Counted from the stretch's first letter, positions 19,022-41,253 are shown. The stretch: 64,000 bases of DNA from the human T2T-CHM13v2.0 reference genome, Homo sapiens (GCF_009914755.1 NC_060943.1); one strand, 5' to 3'. Made by a program: numbers and translations. The notes: generated by a model not told the origin, from the sequence alone.

Positions 19022-20078
19022 TGAGACCATGGGTGCTGCTTCTTTTCCTTGTTTCCTGACATATGTTCCATGAGAGTCAGGACTGCAATATGTGCTGTGT
19101 GCTTCCTTTTTCCTGGCAGCCCCATCCTCTGCTGTTCTGAGGCTTGCAAGAAAGGGCTCAGGATCCAGAAATGTTGAAGGTGACATAGAGACCCACTGGC
19201 CCTGTGTTCTATTCAAATGCATGAGACCTCTGTGCTCTGTTGTTCCCTTGCTCTTGCCAATATTTCTTGGTCCCTTCTTGTTCCTGGAATTTCTGGCACT
19301 GACCTGATCACTAATTTGGTGAACCACTGGCTTGATTGTGTAGGATGTAGAAATCTTCTGTGAAGTTCTGGTGATTATCGAATGTGAGATATCATCAGGT
19401 GATCTCTCTGGGAATGTGCTGTCTTGTCTCTTTCTGTGTCTTTCCCCTAGGACTGGTCTCTTTCAGGTCTCACAGACTGTCACCTTAAGCAATGGGGAGG
19501 GCCCTGGTACCCAAGAGGGTGGATATTACTCCCTGAAGGGCTGTAGAGACTCAGAGGGACATGATCCTGGTTCCTGGGAGTTGGGAAAAGGTGTAATATC
19601 ACAGCTGGGGTCATATTACTAGGAATCTGTCTGGTGACCCCTGTTGTTTAGTTGAAGACTGGTTGCCACAACTCACTCTTCTTTTCCTTCCCCCGTTGTC
19701 ATTTTTACTCTGACTTCTAATCCCTGGCTTCCAGCCGTTACCTATTTTCTTCAACTGCTCCCTCTGCAGTGCCATCCACTGCATGACCTGTACTTAAGGT
19801 GAGGTCTGCATGTATTTGTCAGTAGTCCCTGAACACCATCTCCTCTGTCACAATCAGATCTCTCTGGGTTTAGACACAGCCTTCTACACACTGCTCACTA
19901 GTCACCAGCAGCCATGGCCTGTGGAAAGCCATTTGCAGAGAAGTGACTTGGAGACCCTCCTCCTCTCTGCACTGTACCCCTCTCTTGTGTTCTTACCCAT
20001 CATCAGGGCTCTCCCATTATGGGTATTTGCCAGGTCCAACTCTGCACAGCAGGCCTTCTTCTCATTGGCCTTAGTGTT

Positions 20079-23370
<3,292 letters not shown>

Positions 23371-24029
23371 TTTCCAGACCAAACCGAGGGTGGGGCTGCT
23401 TATTCTTGCAGCCCAATAATGAGATGCAGATGAACTGGGGAAAAAGAGAGTTTTTATTTCTGTAACCGGTTACAGGGAGAAGGCCTGGAAATTATTGCCA
23501 AACCAACTCAAAATTACAAAGTTTTGCAGAGCTTATATACCTTCTAAGCTATTTGTCTACATGTGGGTTTGCATTCATCTAAAGATATAAGTGATTAACT
23601 TCTCTGTAACCAAGATCTGAGTCCTGAAGACCTTCCTCTGGAGCCTCAGTAAATTTACTTAATCTAAATGGGTCCAGGTGCTGGGGTGATTACCCTTATC
23701 TTGTCTCCTTTTAAATCATGGAGGTTTGGGGAGTTTCCTTAGAACCCCAATAAACTTATTCGTGGAGGCCTGGGGAGTTTCTTCAGACCCCCAATAAAAT
23801 GTATTTAATCCTAAACGAGTCCTGTTAAGAATTCCTTCATTATCTTTTCATCCTTTAAGGCCCAGGAAAGGCCTAGGCAAAACTCTTGGTGGGCTTTTGT
23901 TACATTCCAGCCTGTACATGAGGGCACTGGCTCTATCAGCTTTTAATCAACTTAACCACTCAGTCAGTGCTGAAACCGTTGTCATGGAAGCCTGCCTGCT
24001 CAGCTGTTAGTGAGACCTGGCCTGCCACA
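23371..24029 (-). mobile_element. ERV1-class solo LTR just upstream of the ZNF547 finger exon
   Basis: Reverse complement begins TGTGGCAGGCCAGGTCTCACTAAC and has internal direct repeats. Absent in ZNF548 intron 3. Confidence 0.65.
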
Positions 24030-24157
24030 GTACCAGGGTTCATGCCTGTCACCAATTCCATGATCATTTTCATGGGGTGTCTGACTGACATTTGTGATGG
24101 GGTTGCCTCCGCTCATCACAGTCAACATGCACCTCACCAGCATTTTTATTCTTACAG

Positions 24158-25215
24158 GTTGTTGCCATGGAGCTGAGGATGAGGAGGCACCTTTAGAGCC
24201 AGGTGTTTCTGTAGGAGTGTCACAGGTCATGGCTCCAAAGCCCTGTCTATCTACCCAGAATACCCAGCCCTGTGAGACATGTAGCTCACTTCTGAAGGAC
24301 ATTCTGCGTCTGGCTGAGCATGACGGAACACACCCCGAGCAGGGACTGTACACGTGTCCAGCACATCTTCACCAGCACCAAAAGGAGCAGATTAGAGAGA
24401 AACTTTCTAGAGGGGATGGAGGAAGACCGACATTTGTGAAGAACCACAGAGTTCACATGGCAGGGAAGACCTTCTTGTGCAGTGAATGTGGGAAAGCCTT
24501 TAGCCACAAACATAAACTTTCTGACCATCAGAAAATCCACACTGGAGAAAGAACTTATAAGTGCAGCAAATGTGGGATATTGTTTATGGAAAGGTCCACA
24601 CTCAATAGACATCAGAGAACTCACACTGGAGAAAGGCCTTATGAGTGCAATGAATGTGGGAAAGCCTTTCTTTGTAAGTCTCACCTTGTTCGTCACCAGA
24701 CAATCCACTCTGGAGAAAGGCCTTATGAGTGCAGTGAATGTGGGAAATTGTTTATGTGGAGTTCCACACTCATTACACATCAGAGGGTTCACACTGGAAA
24801 GAGGCCTTATGGTTGCAGTGAATGTGGGAAGTTCTTTAAGTGCAACTCAAACCTCTTTAGGCATTACAGAATTCATACAGGAAAAAGGTCTTATGGTTGC
24901 AGTGAATGTGGGAAATTCTTTATGGAAAGGTCTACACTCAGTAGACATCAGAGAGTTCACACTGGAGAAAGGCCTTATGAGTGCAATGAATGTGGGAAAT
25001 TCTTCAGCTTGAAATCCGTCCTCATTCAACACCAAAGAGTTCACACTGGAGAACGGCCTTATGAATGCAGTGAGTGTGGGAAGGCCTTCCTTACAAAGTC
25101 CCACCTCATTTGTCATCAGACAGTTCACACTGCAGCAAAGCAGTGCAGTGAATGTGGGAAATTCTTTAGGTATAACTCTACACTTCTCAGACATCAGAAA
25201 GTCCACACTGGATAA
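24158..25215 (+). CDS. ZNF547: ZNF547 terminal exon with 9 C2H2 fingers
   Basis: cttacAG acceptor. 24+127+1058=1209 nt, i.e. 402 aa plus stop. Nine CxxC..HxxxH units. Confidence 0.95.
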
Positions 25216-25719
25216 GGCCCTTATGAATGCAGTGGATATGGGAAAGCCTTCAGTCACCAACATATTGTGGCTGGACAGCAGGCAGTACACACTGGAGAAA
25301 GACTGAATGCCGTGAACGTGGGTAATTATGTAGGTACAGCTCTCCAGTCGCTATGTATCAGAGAATTCACACTGCAGAAATGTGTGTTCAGCAAACTCGG
25401 GACATTATTTTGGTTTGACTCTCATCTCATTAGACATTGGAGAGTTTACACTGAAGAAGAGTCTTTTCAATAAAGTAGAAAGTGGTAAAGATTCAACATG
25501 CAAGATTGTACTTATTGGGCTTCAGAATATCCACACTAGTGAAAGTCTTCTGAGTACAGCAAATGTGTGACATTATTTTGCTACTACTCCACACTACTTA
25601 GACATCATGTAGTTCACACTGGAAAAAGGCCACGTATGTGCCTTGAATGTAGCCAAAATGACGAACAACACCCAGAAATCTGTGATTTAGCACTGAGAAC
25701 TAGTATTATATGGTTTTTA

Positions 25720-26340
25720 AAAAACAATGGTGAAGTACATGCCACATAAAATTTGCCATCTTAACTATTGTAATGTCTTGTTTAATACTTGAAGTACATT
25801 AACATTGTTGAGCAAAGAATATCCTGAACTCTTTATCTTGTAAAATGAAACTCTATAACCACCATTAAAAAAACAACTCATTCCCACATTCTTCAGTCCC
25901 TGGCGACCACCATATTTTTAAGTCATTATGACTCTGACTATTCTTGGTACTTCTCAGAAGAAGAATCTTAGAGTGTTTTTCATTATTTTTTTTCACTTAG
26001 GATAATATCCTCAAAGTTCATTCATTTTTTAGCATGTGTCAGAAATTTTAAGGCTGAGCAATATTTCATTGTTTGCATTTACCACATTTCCTTTATTTCT
26101 GACATCTATTCATGGACACTTGGGTTACTTCTACCTCTGGCTATTGTGAATATTGCTACTACAAGCATAAGGGCACAAATATCTCTTTGAGACCCTGCTT
26201 TCAATTCTTATTGGGTACCCCAAAAAGTGGAACTGCTGGATCACATGGTACTTCTAACTTTAATTCTTTGATGAACTGAGAAACTTTTCCATAAAACTTG
26301 CACCGTTTTACATTCCTAACATTCCACAAAAGTTGTGATT
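25720..26340 (-). mobile_element. Old L1 (L1MB-like) 3' end in the ZNF547 3' UTR
   Basis: Antisense L1M motifs (aaaatttgccatcttaac, ggacacttgggttacttc, gctggatcacatggta). Confidence 0.7.
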
Positions 26341-26776
26341 TGTCCTCATTCTAATCCATAGAAGGCAACATTTCTAACAGGTTTCTAGGTGATTTTGTTG
26401 TTGCTGATGTAGGGACTACATTTTGAGAACTGTCCTATCCCATTTTTATAACAATGCAGAGCTTCTCTGTAAATACCCCTTGTTTCTATGTTCTATCCTG
26501 TGAGCCTTTTCATTTTGTTAATTTTTCCCAGTGTTTACAACCAGGAAATAGCTTGTCATCTTTGATACAAAACAGAAATCTTTGCAAAATACCAATTGCA
26601 TTCTGTAGCCCTTGGATCATTTTCTCCCCCAATCTATGTAGATATTTAGTGGTGTATAATGTTGTATGAGAATACATCATGGTAAGAATACATTTTAAAG
26701 GACTTTAAGTCAGGTCACAAAATACAGCAATTTACCTGTGGACCTGCCCTCTACCCAGGCCATCCAGTCCCAATGA

Positions 26777-26910
26777 CTGTGCTCTTACTGCTGCTTTCCA
26801 GGTGTGTACCTATCATGGGGTGTGCATGCCACTGACCATTCCTCTGTGCTCTTACTGCTGCTTTCCAGGTGTGTACCTATCATGGGGTGTGCATGCCATT
26901 GAGCATTCCT
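26777..26910. repeat. 67-bp tandem duplication (2 copies, 2 mismatches)
   Basis: ctgtgctcttactgctgctttccaggtgtgtacctatcatggggtgtgcatgcca.tga.cattcct at 26777 and 26844. Confidence 0.92.
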
Positions 26911-27021
26911 CTTAATGGGTTCTAGGCAACAGATAGAATAGCTTAGGTGCCAAAGCCACAGAACCTATCAGGGGTTGTGTCATTTTGAAAATTATGCCAA
27001 ATTCTAAATGATCTTGTATGA

Positions 27022-27355
27022 CAGCAGTCCCCCAACCTTTTTGGCACCAGGAACTGGTTTCATGCGAGACAGTTTTTCTGTGGATGGCAGTGCAGGGGGC
27101 TGGATGGTTTCGGAATGAAACTCTTCCACCTCAGATCATCAGGCATTAGTTAGATTCACATAAGGAGTGCACCTAGGTCCCTCGCATGTAACAGTTCACA
27201 GTAGGGTTTGTGCTCCTATGATGTCTAATGCCGCCGCTGATCAGGAGGTGGAGATCAGGCAGGAATGCTCGCTCCTGCTGTGCGGCACTGTGTGGCCTAG
27301 TTCCTGACAGGCCACGGACTGGTACGGTCTGTGGTTTAGGGGTTGGGGATTGCTG
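27022..27355. mobile_element. MER1-type hAT/Charlie MITE
   Basis: Terminal inverted repeats cagcagtcccccaacc / ggttggggattgctg. Confidence 0.8.
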
Positions 27356-28040
27356 TTAAATGGGATTTGGGGAATTTTATTTGGGTTCTCTCTTTGACTA
27401 GTCTATTGTCAAAGTTATTCCATCTAATTTTTCTAGAGTAAGCCAGGTTCTGTGTCATGTAATAGAGCCACATAAACAGCAAAGGTGCTATTGTGAACTG
27501 TGCATACGAGGGATCAAGTTGTGTTCCTTATGTGAATCTGAGCTAAAATAAGAAAAAAAAAAATTTAGCCTGTGAGGTCAGAAGCAAGACAGTCATGTTA
27601 GATTTCTGTCATTATTCATAGTTCTGCAAAGGTGGTTTCAGGTTCTGCATCAACTGAAACGTGCTCTTCCATCCAGCAGCATTTAAAACCAAAGATGCTG
27701 TCCCTTAATTAGTTAACTCTCACAATCCATTTTAGTAATGGTTCCTCAGGAAACTGACTACTTCAATCTATAAAGTAAAACAAGTTCTTCACATTATACT
27801 CTCTGGTTTGAATAGTTACTTGGTTTTGTTCTTCCCCACAATGACTACCTTCTTGGTAGCCGTAGGTCTCAGAGGCATTTTCTGTTGTCCCTAAATGATT
27901 CTGCCCTTGGTGGGAGGTGGCTTTTAGGCTGGCTGGTGGCTTTCGTTCAGATGGACTGAAATCTAAGCTTGATCTAGCATCAAGTTTGGACCCAGCACTC
28001 TCTAATTTTTTTTTTTTTAGCTGTTATAGATAACAAAGGA

Positions 28041-28158
28041 TTGAGTAATTTGCTTTTTGCTTATTAGCTTGCATTTTCTTATGCATCCAGTGAACCAGAG
28101 ATTGAATATTTTGCTTTTTGCATATTAGTTTGCATTTTCTTATGCATCCAGTGTACCA
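28041..28158. repeat. ~61-bp tandem duplication
   Basis: tttgctttttgc.tattag.ttgcattttcttatgcatccagtg occurs twice. Confidence 0.85.
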
Positions 28159-28392
28159 ACTCCCTGGGAGCTGGATCCATCTCTAAATTTCCATGGTAAC
28201 TCTTACCTTTAGTAACTGAGCACAGACAGCCACAGTTCCATACCATGTATGGCCATTTGGCCACTAAGGAATCAAAGGTTTTTCATCCTCCACCCATTTT
28301 TAAATTGAGGATTATTCAAAAGTTAAAGAAAAAACTTTATTATCTCTTATTAATATATGTAAATTGTGTTCAAAATAGAAAATGAACTTCTA

Positions 28393-29979
<1,587 letters not shown>

Positions 29980-30279
29980 TGATAGAGCACGTTGATGTAA
30001 AGACATTTTTGTAAGTGTTTAGAGCATGCCTTTTATATCTAAACATGCAAAGAAATGAGTAGCCTCCTGTCGTAATAACCATTTACTGTAAACAACTGCC
30101 ACCAGCTGCTTCTGACACTGCAGCTCTTGCTTGTGACAGCCATTACGCACAAAAACGTCAAGTTCTTTCACAGGACAAAGTAATCTCTGGTACCCCCCAA
30201 AACCAATGATATCAGGTAATGCACTACAAAAGAAGGCAGAATTTTAGACCTGAGATAAATCTGTCCTCTTAAAACTCTT

Positions 30280-30283
<4 letters not shown>

Positions 30284-30321
<38 letters not shown>
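30284..30321. repeat. (GA)n microsatellite
   Basis: Seen directly. Confidence 0.95.
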
Positions 30322-30322
<1 letters not shown>

Positions 30323-30965
30323 TTCCTCATCTGGTTAGTGTAGATAGCAGGTTGGCTTCCTGAGCTGGTCAGTGCAGTAGTGGGTTAGAGTTCTGTTTTA
30401 TATTTGGCTTGGCCATTGTTGATTTCTATAGTCAATTTCTTACATGTAAACAAGGAAGATAGCTATAATATTGAGATTTCTTGTTTTCTTAACTGGTCTT
30501 AGGTTGAAAATTGATTTTTCATTCTCCTCCCCGCTCCCCCCTCCCCCCACCATCCCATTCTTCTGCCTCTGCCGGATCTTCAGCTGGGTAGCATTTTGGT
30601 TTTGTTTGTTTTTTAACCTGGAGGATGTCCCCAAATATCAAAACCTAAACTTCTGATTCTTAGAAGTCCTCCCTTCGATGAGTTGCTAGTTTTATTTCTG
30701 AACATGAACTTACCAAAACATCCCCCAGAAATCCCCTGGTCTCAGACATAACTCTCTATGCTTCCCATTCCATGGCAGCAACTCAGCCTAACTCATCCAA
30801 AGCAAAAAAGCAATCCCTTCTTGCTTAAGTGACACAAGGATCCCCAGATGAACAAGTAGCTGTATCACCCTTCAATTAAATGTAATAATATTTACTTCTG
30901 GTGGAACCTCTCCTTCCTTGGAACAAAGGGCCCCCAACCAGCAGAATTTACAATTAAGAAGAAGT

Positions 30966-33420
<2,455 letters not shown>

Positions 33421-33905
33421 CTATTATATGAGCTTTTAGGAAGGCTGGCCTTCAGGGACTGAGGACTTTCAGAAGCAGCAGAGTTGAAAGACTGATGGAC
33501 TTTCAGGTATGTTAGTGTAAATGCAACCATTTACCAACTGGCTTTCATAAACAGGATTACTGACAGGAGGCACTTGTGGATTAGTTGTTGCCAGCAGCCT
33601 GGGGCTGCCACTGATTGACCATCTTTAGTACTGGGCCTTACCCCCATTGGAAAAATTTTAGAATCTTGGCCTAACAATGATTTGCTAAGTTTCTGGTTAA
33701 TTACTGGGGTGAAGCTTTTGCTGACTAGCTGACTTTTAAAGCATAGGTACACATCCCAAGTTATCTCTAATTAATGGTGGTTTCTTGTTTATGATTATGG
33801 ATTTGGGGCAGAGATAAATTTTTTCCTTACTTGAACATAAGCCAGCAACTTAATTCTCATTCCCCATTTTTGGTTTCCCAACAGCCAGAATTTGTAAGAA
33901 ATCAT

Positions 33906-34319
33906 ATGCTATGGTTTGGATGTTTGTCTCTTCCAAAGCTCATGTTGAAATTTAATTTCCAATGTTTGAGGTGGGGCCTAATAGGAGGTGTTCTGGTCAT
34001 GAGGGTAGATCCTACCTGAATACCCCCACTTGAAGATGTGTAAATTCTCACTCTATTAGTTCCCAAGAAAGCTGGTTGTTGAAAAGAGCCTGATACACTC
34101 CCCACCCACTGTCCTCCTCTCTTGCAATATGATTCCTTCGCATTATAGCTCTCTTTCGTTTTCCACCATGAATAGAACCCGCCGAAGACCCTCACCAGAT
34201 GCAGATGCCCAATTTTAAACTTTCCACACATCAACATTTTGAGCCAAATAAACATTTTTTTCTTTATAAATTACCAGCTTCAGGTATTCATTTATAGCAA
34301 CGCTAACTGGACTAAGACA
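33906..34319 (+). mobile_element. MaLR (MST/MLT1A-like) solo LTR
   Basis: tgctatggtttggatgtttgt...ggactaagaca termini and an internal AATAAA. Confidence 0.75.
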
Positions 34320-35584
34320 TCATAAGTATTATCTAGATATTTGTTTGTGAGGATATGATTTTCAACTCATGTTGCCAATGAGTAATTTAACGGCCAGTTA
34401 CAGTCTGAGAAAAATGTGTCTCCCACTGGTGATTCTTTGTAATATATTACAACCAGCTGATATGTAGGATATGTAGGCCATTCTGATAAGTCAATACAGG
34501 ATTCAGGAAAAATCGTTATATATAGGTCATATTCTTAAACTGTGCCCAGGTCTTAATTAATAATTAGCAATGACACAGAGGGGACACTGCCATCAAAAGA
34601 AAAGATTAATGTTACAGTTCCCTGGAAATAAGAGGCACTGAACACCACACAGGCCACAAGAAACCTTATTACATACAGAGACTGGAAAGCAGAAAGAGAA
34701 AACAGAGTAACTGGAAGTATGTCTTTATAACTAAAGTGGCAGAGAATGATGAGGTAGAGATACCGTCGATGGGCAGGAAGGAAAAACACATTTTAGTGTT
34801 TGTGGTTGGGGGGTTTTATATGAGTTTCATGCACTTGAGTAAGTGGCTTGCAAGAAAAAAAGTAAACAACTTTGGTTCTATTAGTTTGACCCTGTGATTA
34901 ATGAATATCAAACAGACAAATACAGAATCTAAGAAAACATAGAACAGTCCTGTATACACATAGCAGCTGGGAAACCTATTCCCAGTGTGTCCCATGCACC
35001 TATCATTGATCTGAAACCCAATACATATGTGCTCATTGAACATTTACTAGAGAAGTAAATACACATTATCACACAGCTTCTCTATTCATTTTTATCTGTG
35101 GCAAGTCTTTCAGTTTATCATCTGTACTTACCCCTCTAAGCAGTTAATGAGCAATGTTTTCAAGTGTGTAAAAAAATTACATTTTGGAAACAAAAGCATA
35201 GTGTGTCCAAGTGTCCAGCAGAGCCACAGGTTCAACTTCATTCTCTGACTTCTCAGAATTTGCTGTCTCTCACTCAAACATTGAGATCTTATCTTTTTCT
35301 CACATTACAGATCGATTTCTCTAGGGCTTCTGTTTTTTTTTCTTTTGGAATAACCTACATAATTACTAATAGATTTCGGTAATTTTTTTATTTCACAAGT
35401 GTTTTTCACATTTCGACTCCCTGTGCAAATACAGTTGTAAACACAGGTGAAATTTTAAATCACTTCTGAGGAAGAAGATAACATCATGGAATTCCACACC
35501 TTTTTTGAGGATAAGATGTGCATATGCTTCAACTATGAAAACGGTAGACAATGTTGTCCAGAAATGGCATGTATCAGCTGCTCT

Positions 35585-36150
35585 TGAGAAATAAAAATAA
35601 AATTCTAAGCACCCCCTAACTGACTGAATGGATGCCCTCTTGACCATGAGAACCCTAGAATAACTTTGGAAGCTGAATTCACCACTATAGAGGAACGGGA
35701 AATCAGACACACCTCATTATATCCCCTACCACACTACAATCATTAGGTTTTCTTCCCTAAGGGCTAAATAGAAATCAACCTTTTCAGAAGACTACTAGCT
35801 TATCTTCCAAGGTACAGAACAGAGAGAAGATGAGATTATTCATTCCTTCATCCTTCTCTGAGACATCTTCTTTATTCCCTTTTCCCCTCACGTGTTTACT
35901 CTATCTTATGTAAAATGTAGATTTACTGGGCACTAACTAAAGTTTCACATGTCTGTAATCATTTGTCTCACTGCCAACCCCTCTTCCTTTTTAAGGAAAA
36001 TGTATAATAAATACTAAACCTCCTAAGAACCTCTTTGGAAAAACCAGCCACAGATGCTTCTGTGACTTACATTTTTCTGGATGTGCCCTTAGGCTGGTCC
36101 AGTAATCCTCCATGATTTGTGACTTATGCCTCAATCACTCATTTTGGTCG
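35585..36150 (+). mobile_element. ERV1 (MER4-group-like) solo LTR upstream of the ZNF548 promoter
   Basis: Interrupts the sequence atgtatcag...tcactctcattttcaga, which is contiguous in the ZNF547 paralog (~9692-9717). Confidence 0.65.
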
Positions 36151-36679
36151 TCACTCTCATTTTCAGATAGGATTGTGATTCTTAAAATAAATGGAAAATA
36201 TCTCAGATATGAAGTAGTAAGTATTATTAGAATAAAAGCGTTGCACCCTTCGTAGGAACACAATCGCTGACTCTACAGTCAGGTAAGATGTATTCTCTTT
36301 GATCCAGAGGCATAGCTTCACCCTTTCAACCTACTTCAGCGTCTCCTGTCATCCTTCCTACAAATTCCAGTCCATAGCCCTAACTGCGTAGTCTTTCTTT
36401 CTTCTTCTGGACCAAACATATTGAAGCTTACTAAACAGACGCCAAAGCGTAACTGTATGTGTATTTGAAAAGCAATAATATGGCTGGCAGGCATGAGTAG
36501 AGGCAGACTGCCTTTATGGTATGGGGTGTCTCTTTGGACCTGTAGTTATTGGGAATTAGCTGTGCTTAATAGAGTCTTAAGTAATAAGTTGCTAACATTT
36601 CTGTAAATATCCTATACTACAATCCAAAAAAATACCGTATGTTGCCTTTAAGAGCAAGCCAAGCCCCCTCCTGTCTTTG

Positions 36680-37400
36680 GAGTCGGGGACTCCGTTTCCC
36701 AGCTCCCCTGACAGTGCCACTGGGCCTTTATCTGCCATATAAGGACTGATCAACGCTCTAAGACAAGTCCGGAAGCGGTGTCGAAACTTCATAACCCAGA
36801 AGACACTGCAGCTCTCGGCGGCACGACTTACCCAATAAAGGCTTAGAAGGGGACGTTTGCGTGCGTGCGCACCGTCGGAGGGCGGGACTTCCGCCGTCCT
36901 CCTGGTGGTGGTCGTTTTGGTTCTGTGTGGTGTTTCACCAACTTCGGCCTATGGCTCTGTCTGACGTCACCGAAGTGACGGAACGGAAAAGCGCGAGAAG
37001 CGGCTCGGTTCCCACCACGGAGAGGCGGGAGTGAGTCAACTGACAAGCGCTGGGGACAGTGGCGTCCTTGTCTTGCCTTTGTCGCTCCCGCCCCGCTCTT
37101 CCCTGGCTGGGCTGGCGGAGGCCTTGCTGATGAACCTGACTGAGGTGGGTGTCCCGTCCCAGGCTCCCCCGCCCGACCGGTCCTCCCAGTGCTGAAGCCC
37201 CCTGAAGGGGCCCTGCAGGTCAGGCCCCTTGTCCCGAAGAGAGGGGCGTTCCTGTGTGGGGTCCCCGTATCAGCCGATTTGATGCAGCCTCAGAGCTCCC
37301 GTTAGGGACCTCAGGTTCAGAGCATGGAGGCGCTGCCGAGTGGGCTGTGTTGGGGCGTCAGGGGTGTGTGTTGTTTCTGCGGGAAAGAGAGGGTTTTGTG
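36680..37400 (+). promoter_or_regulatory. ZNF548: CpG-island promoter and exon 1 of ZNF548
   Basis: GGGCGGGACTTCCG (GC box plus ETS) ~36880, CRE TGACGTCA 36962-36969; paralogous to 10150-11000. Confidence 0.85.
37130..37144 (+). CDS. ZNF548: ZNF548 coding start MNLTE (end of exon 1)
   Basis: ATGAACCTGACTGAG|GTGGGT. Confidence 0.85.
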
Positions 37401-37979
37401 AATTCTCGCTTGGAATGGCAACCTGAGCAGCCAGTAACCATGGAAGGTTGTCAAGGGAGGGACAGTTGGAGGGGGCAGGTCCAGAGTTCGAAGTTTCAAG
37501 TTAGGAAAACCAGGTTAGGAATGGACACAGGGAGACGCGAAAAGGCCCTGAGGCCACTGCAGTAGACCCAGGAGAATTATGGTTGGGGCTGGACCAGTGA
37601 CAGTAGAGGGAGATGTGATGAGATTCTTCATAGGCCTGAAAGATAGGGCCCGTAGGTTTTCCTGGTGCTTCAGTTATGTCTGAACAAAGGCAGTGAAGAA
37701 CCGTTTCAAGTGTTTGTTTTGTTTTTTGTTTTCTGTTTGAACGTTTGGAAGAATGGAGTTGGGGAAGTCAGCATAAAGAGCAGATTTCCGGGAGAAGATC
37801 ACAGGTTGGATTTTGGACATGGTGATTCTCAAATGTCTCAAGATGGATATGTCACACAGACAGGTGGACATAAAGGTGTGGAGTCTGAGGAAGGGGATTG
37901 GGTTGGCGATACCAGACGGATGGAGGGCTTGGACTGGGCCAGAGAATGGTCTGAGGATCAGATTGAGTAGGTCGGTCTC

Positions 37980-39790
<1,811 letters not shown>

Positions 39791-40408
39791 TGGACTTAAT
39801 TTGAGGGAAATCTTGAGGTTGTCATTTCAGGTGGGCTCTGTGTTGAGAGAACAGGGGGCTGAGACTTGGGGGCCAGACCATTGGTGGCTCCACAGACATC
39901 ATACTCTGTCCAGAACGGTGCAGACCTGGCATAACAGGGATTCTGGATTGCATCTGTAAAAAGGGAGGCCTGGACTGGGTAAGCATATGGCCTGGGATGG
40001 AGGCTGAAGTGTGAGGTGGTTTCGATCCTGCACCTGCAGGCTTGGTTGACCCTCAGGGCCACTCTCTGTTGAACAAGAGAAATGTTATTGAGGCTGGTGG
40101 AGTAGCTGGGTTCCAGATCAGAGCACTGCTTTTTCCCCTTCTCTACATGTCAGGGCTACAGGGGATGATCTACTGCTCCAGCCAAGGTCTCCTGGCAAGC
40201 TCACTTTAGAAGATTATGTAGCAGGTAGACCTGGTTGCAGAAAGGACCAGTACCTGACCTGCCTACTCTTCCCTTCTCTATAACTCATTAACTTAATAAT
40301 GTATGAAACACTTATTGATTTAAACCCCAATTAGACAGTATCTTTCTAAGTGTGTGCAAACAGATAGGCAGTTAATAGTGAAGTCATTATGTTAAATTTC
40401 TAAAAGTG

Positions 40409-40767
40409 AGCCGGGTGTGGTGGCTCACACCTGTAATCCCAGCACTTTGGGAGGCCGAGGTGGGTGGATCACCTGTGGTCGGGAGTTCGAGACCAGCCTG
40501 ACCAACATGGAGAAACCCTGTCTCTACTAAAAATACAAAATTAGCCGGGTGTGGTGGCGCATGCCTGTAATCCCAGCTTCTCAGGAGGCTGAGGCAGGCG
40601 AATTGCTTGAAAACAGGAGGCGGAGGTTGCAGTGAGCCAAGACCACGCCATTGCACTCCAGCCTGGGCAAGAAGAGCAAAACTCTGTCTCACAATAGAGG
40701 AGAGGAGAGGGGAGGGGAGGGGAGGGCAGAGGAGGGGAGGGGGGAGGGCAGGGGAGGGGAGGGGAGA
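40409..40767 (+). mobile_element. Sense AluS whose tail is replaced by a (GGGGA)n purine repeat (~40697-40767)
   Basis: Alu consensus followed by gaggggaggggagggg... Confidence 0.88.
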
Positions 40768-41217
40768 AAGTGGTTCATAATTGGTTTGATGTTAATTTAT
40801 CTCGTTTGCTTTCCTTGGAAAAAGTTAATATCGCATCCTCTAAAATCTTAAGCTAAAAACATACATGAAAATTTCAAAACCCCACTCTTTCATTTGCATT
40901 GAACTCATGTACAAAACCATTAATCTTGGACCATAGCCGCTGATATATATAGTACATGCTACTGATGTTTGATACTAATATGAGCCCTGTGAGGGGGCAG
41001 CTATTCTTGCAATCTATTTACAGATGGAGACACTGAAGCTCAGGTGGGTTTGGTTCTTTTCCATGGTCACAGAGCTGCAGCACTGAGGCCTGAGGAACTT
41101 TATTCAATGAATTGAGATCAGTTTGCTCCCAGGCAGGGCAGACGAGGTGGTGGTCCATCTCAGCCTGAAGGATCCTTCCATGGCTGTCAATTTCTCACGG
41201 CCTTTCTCTTCCCTCAG

Positions 41218-41253
41218 GGTCCCCTGGCGATGGCAGAAATGGACCCTACACAG
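41218..41253 (+). CDS. ZNF548: ZNF548 36-nt exon 2 (GPLAMAEMDPTQ), frame-preserving and so skippable
   Basis: ccctcAG and CAG|GTGAGT boundaries; paralog of ZNF547 exon 2. Confidence 0.85.
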
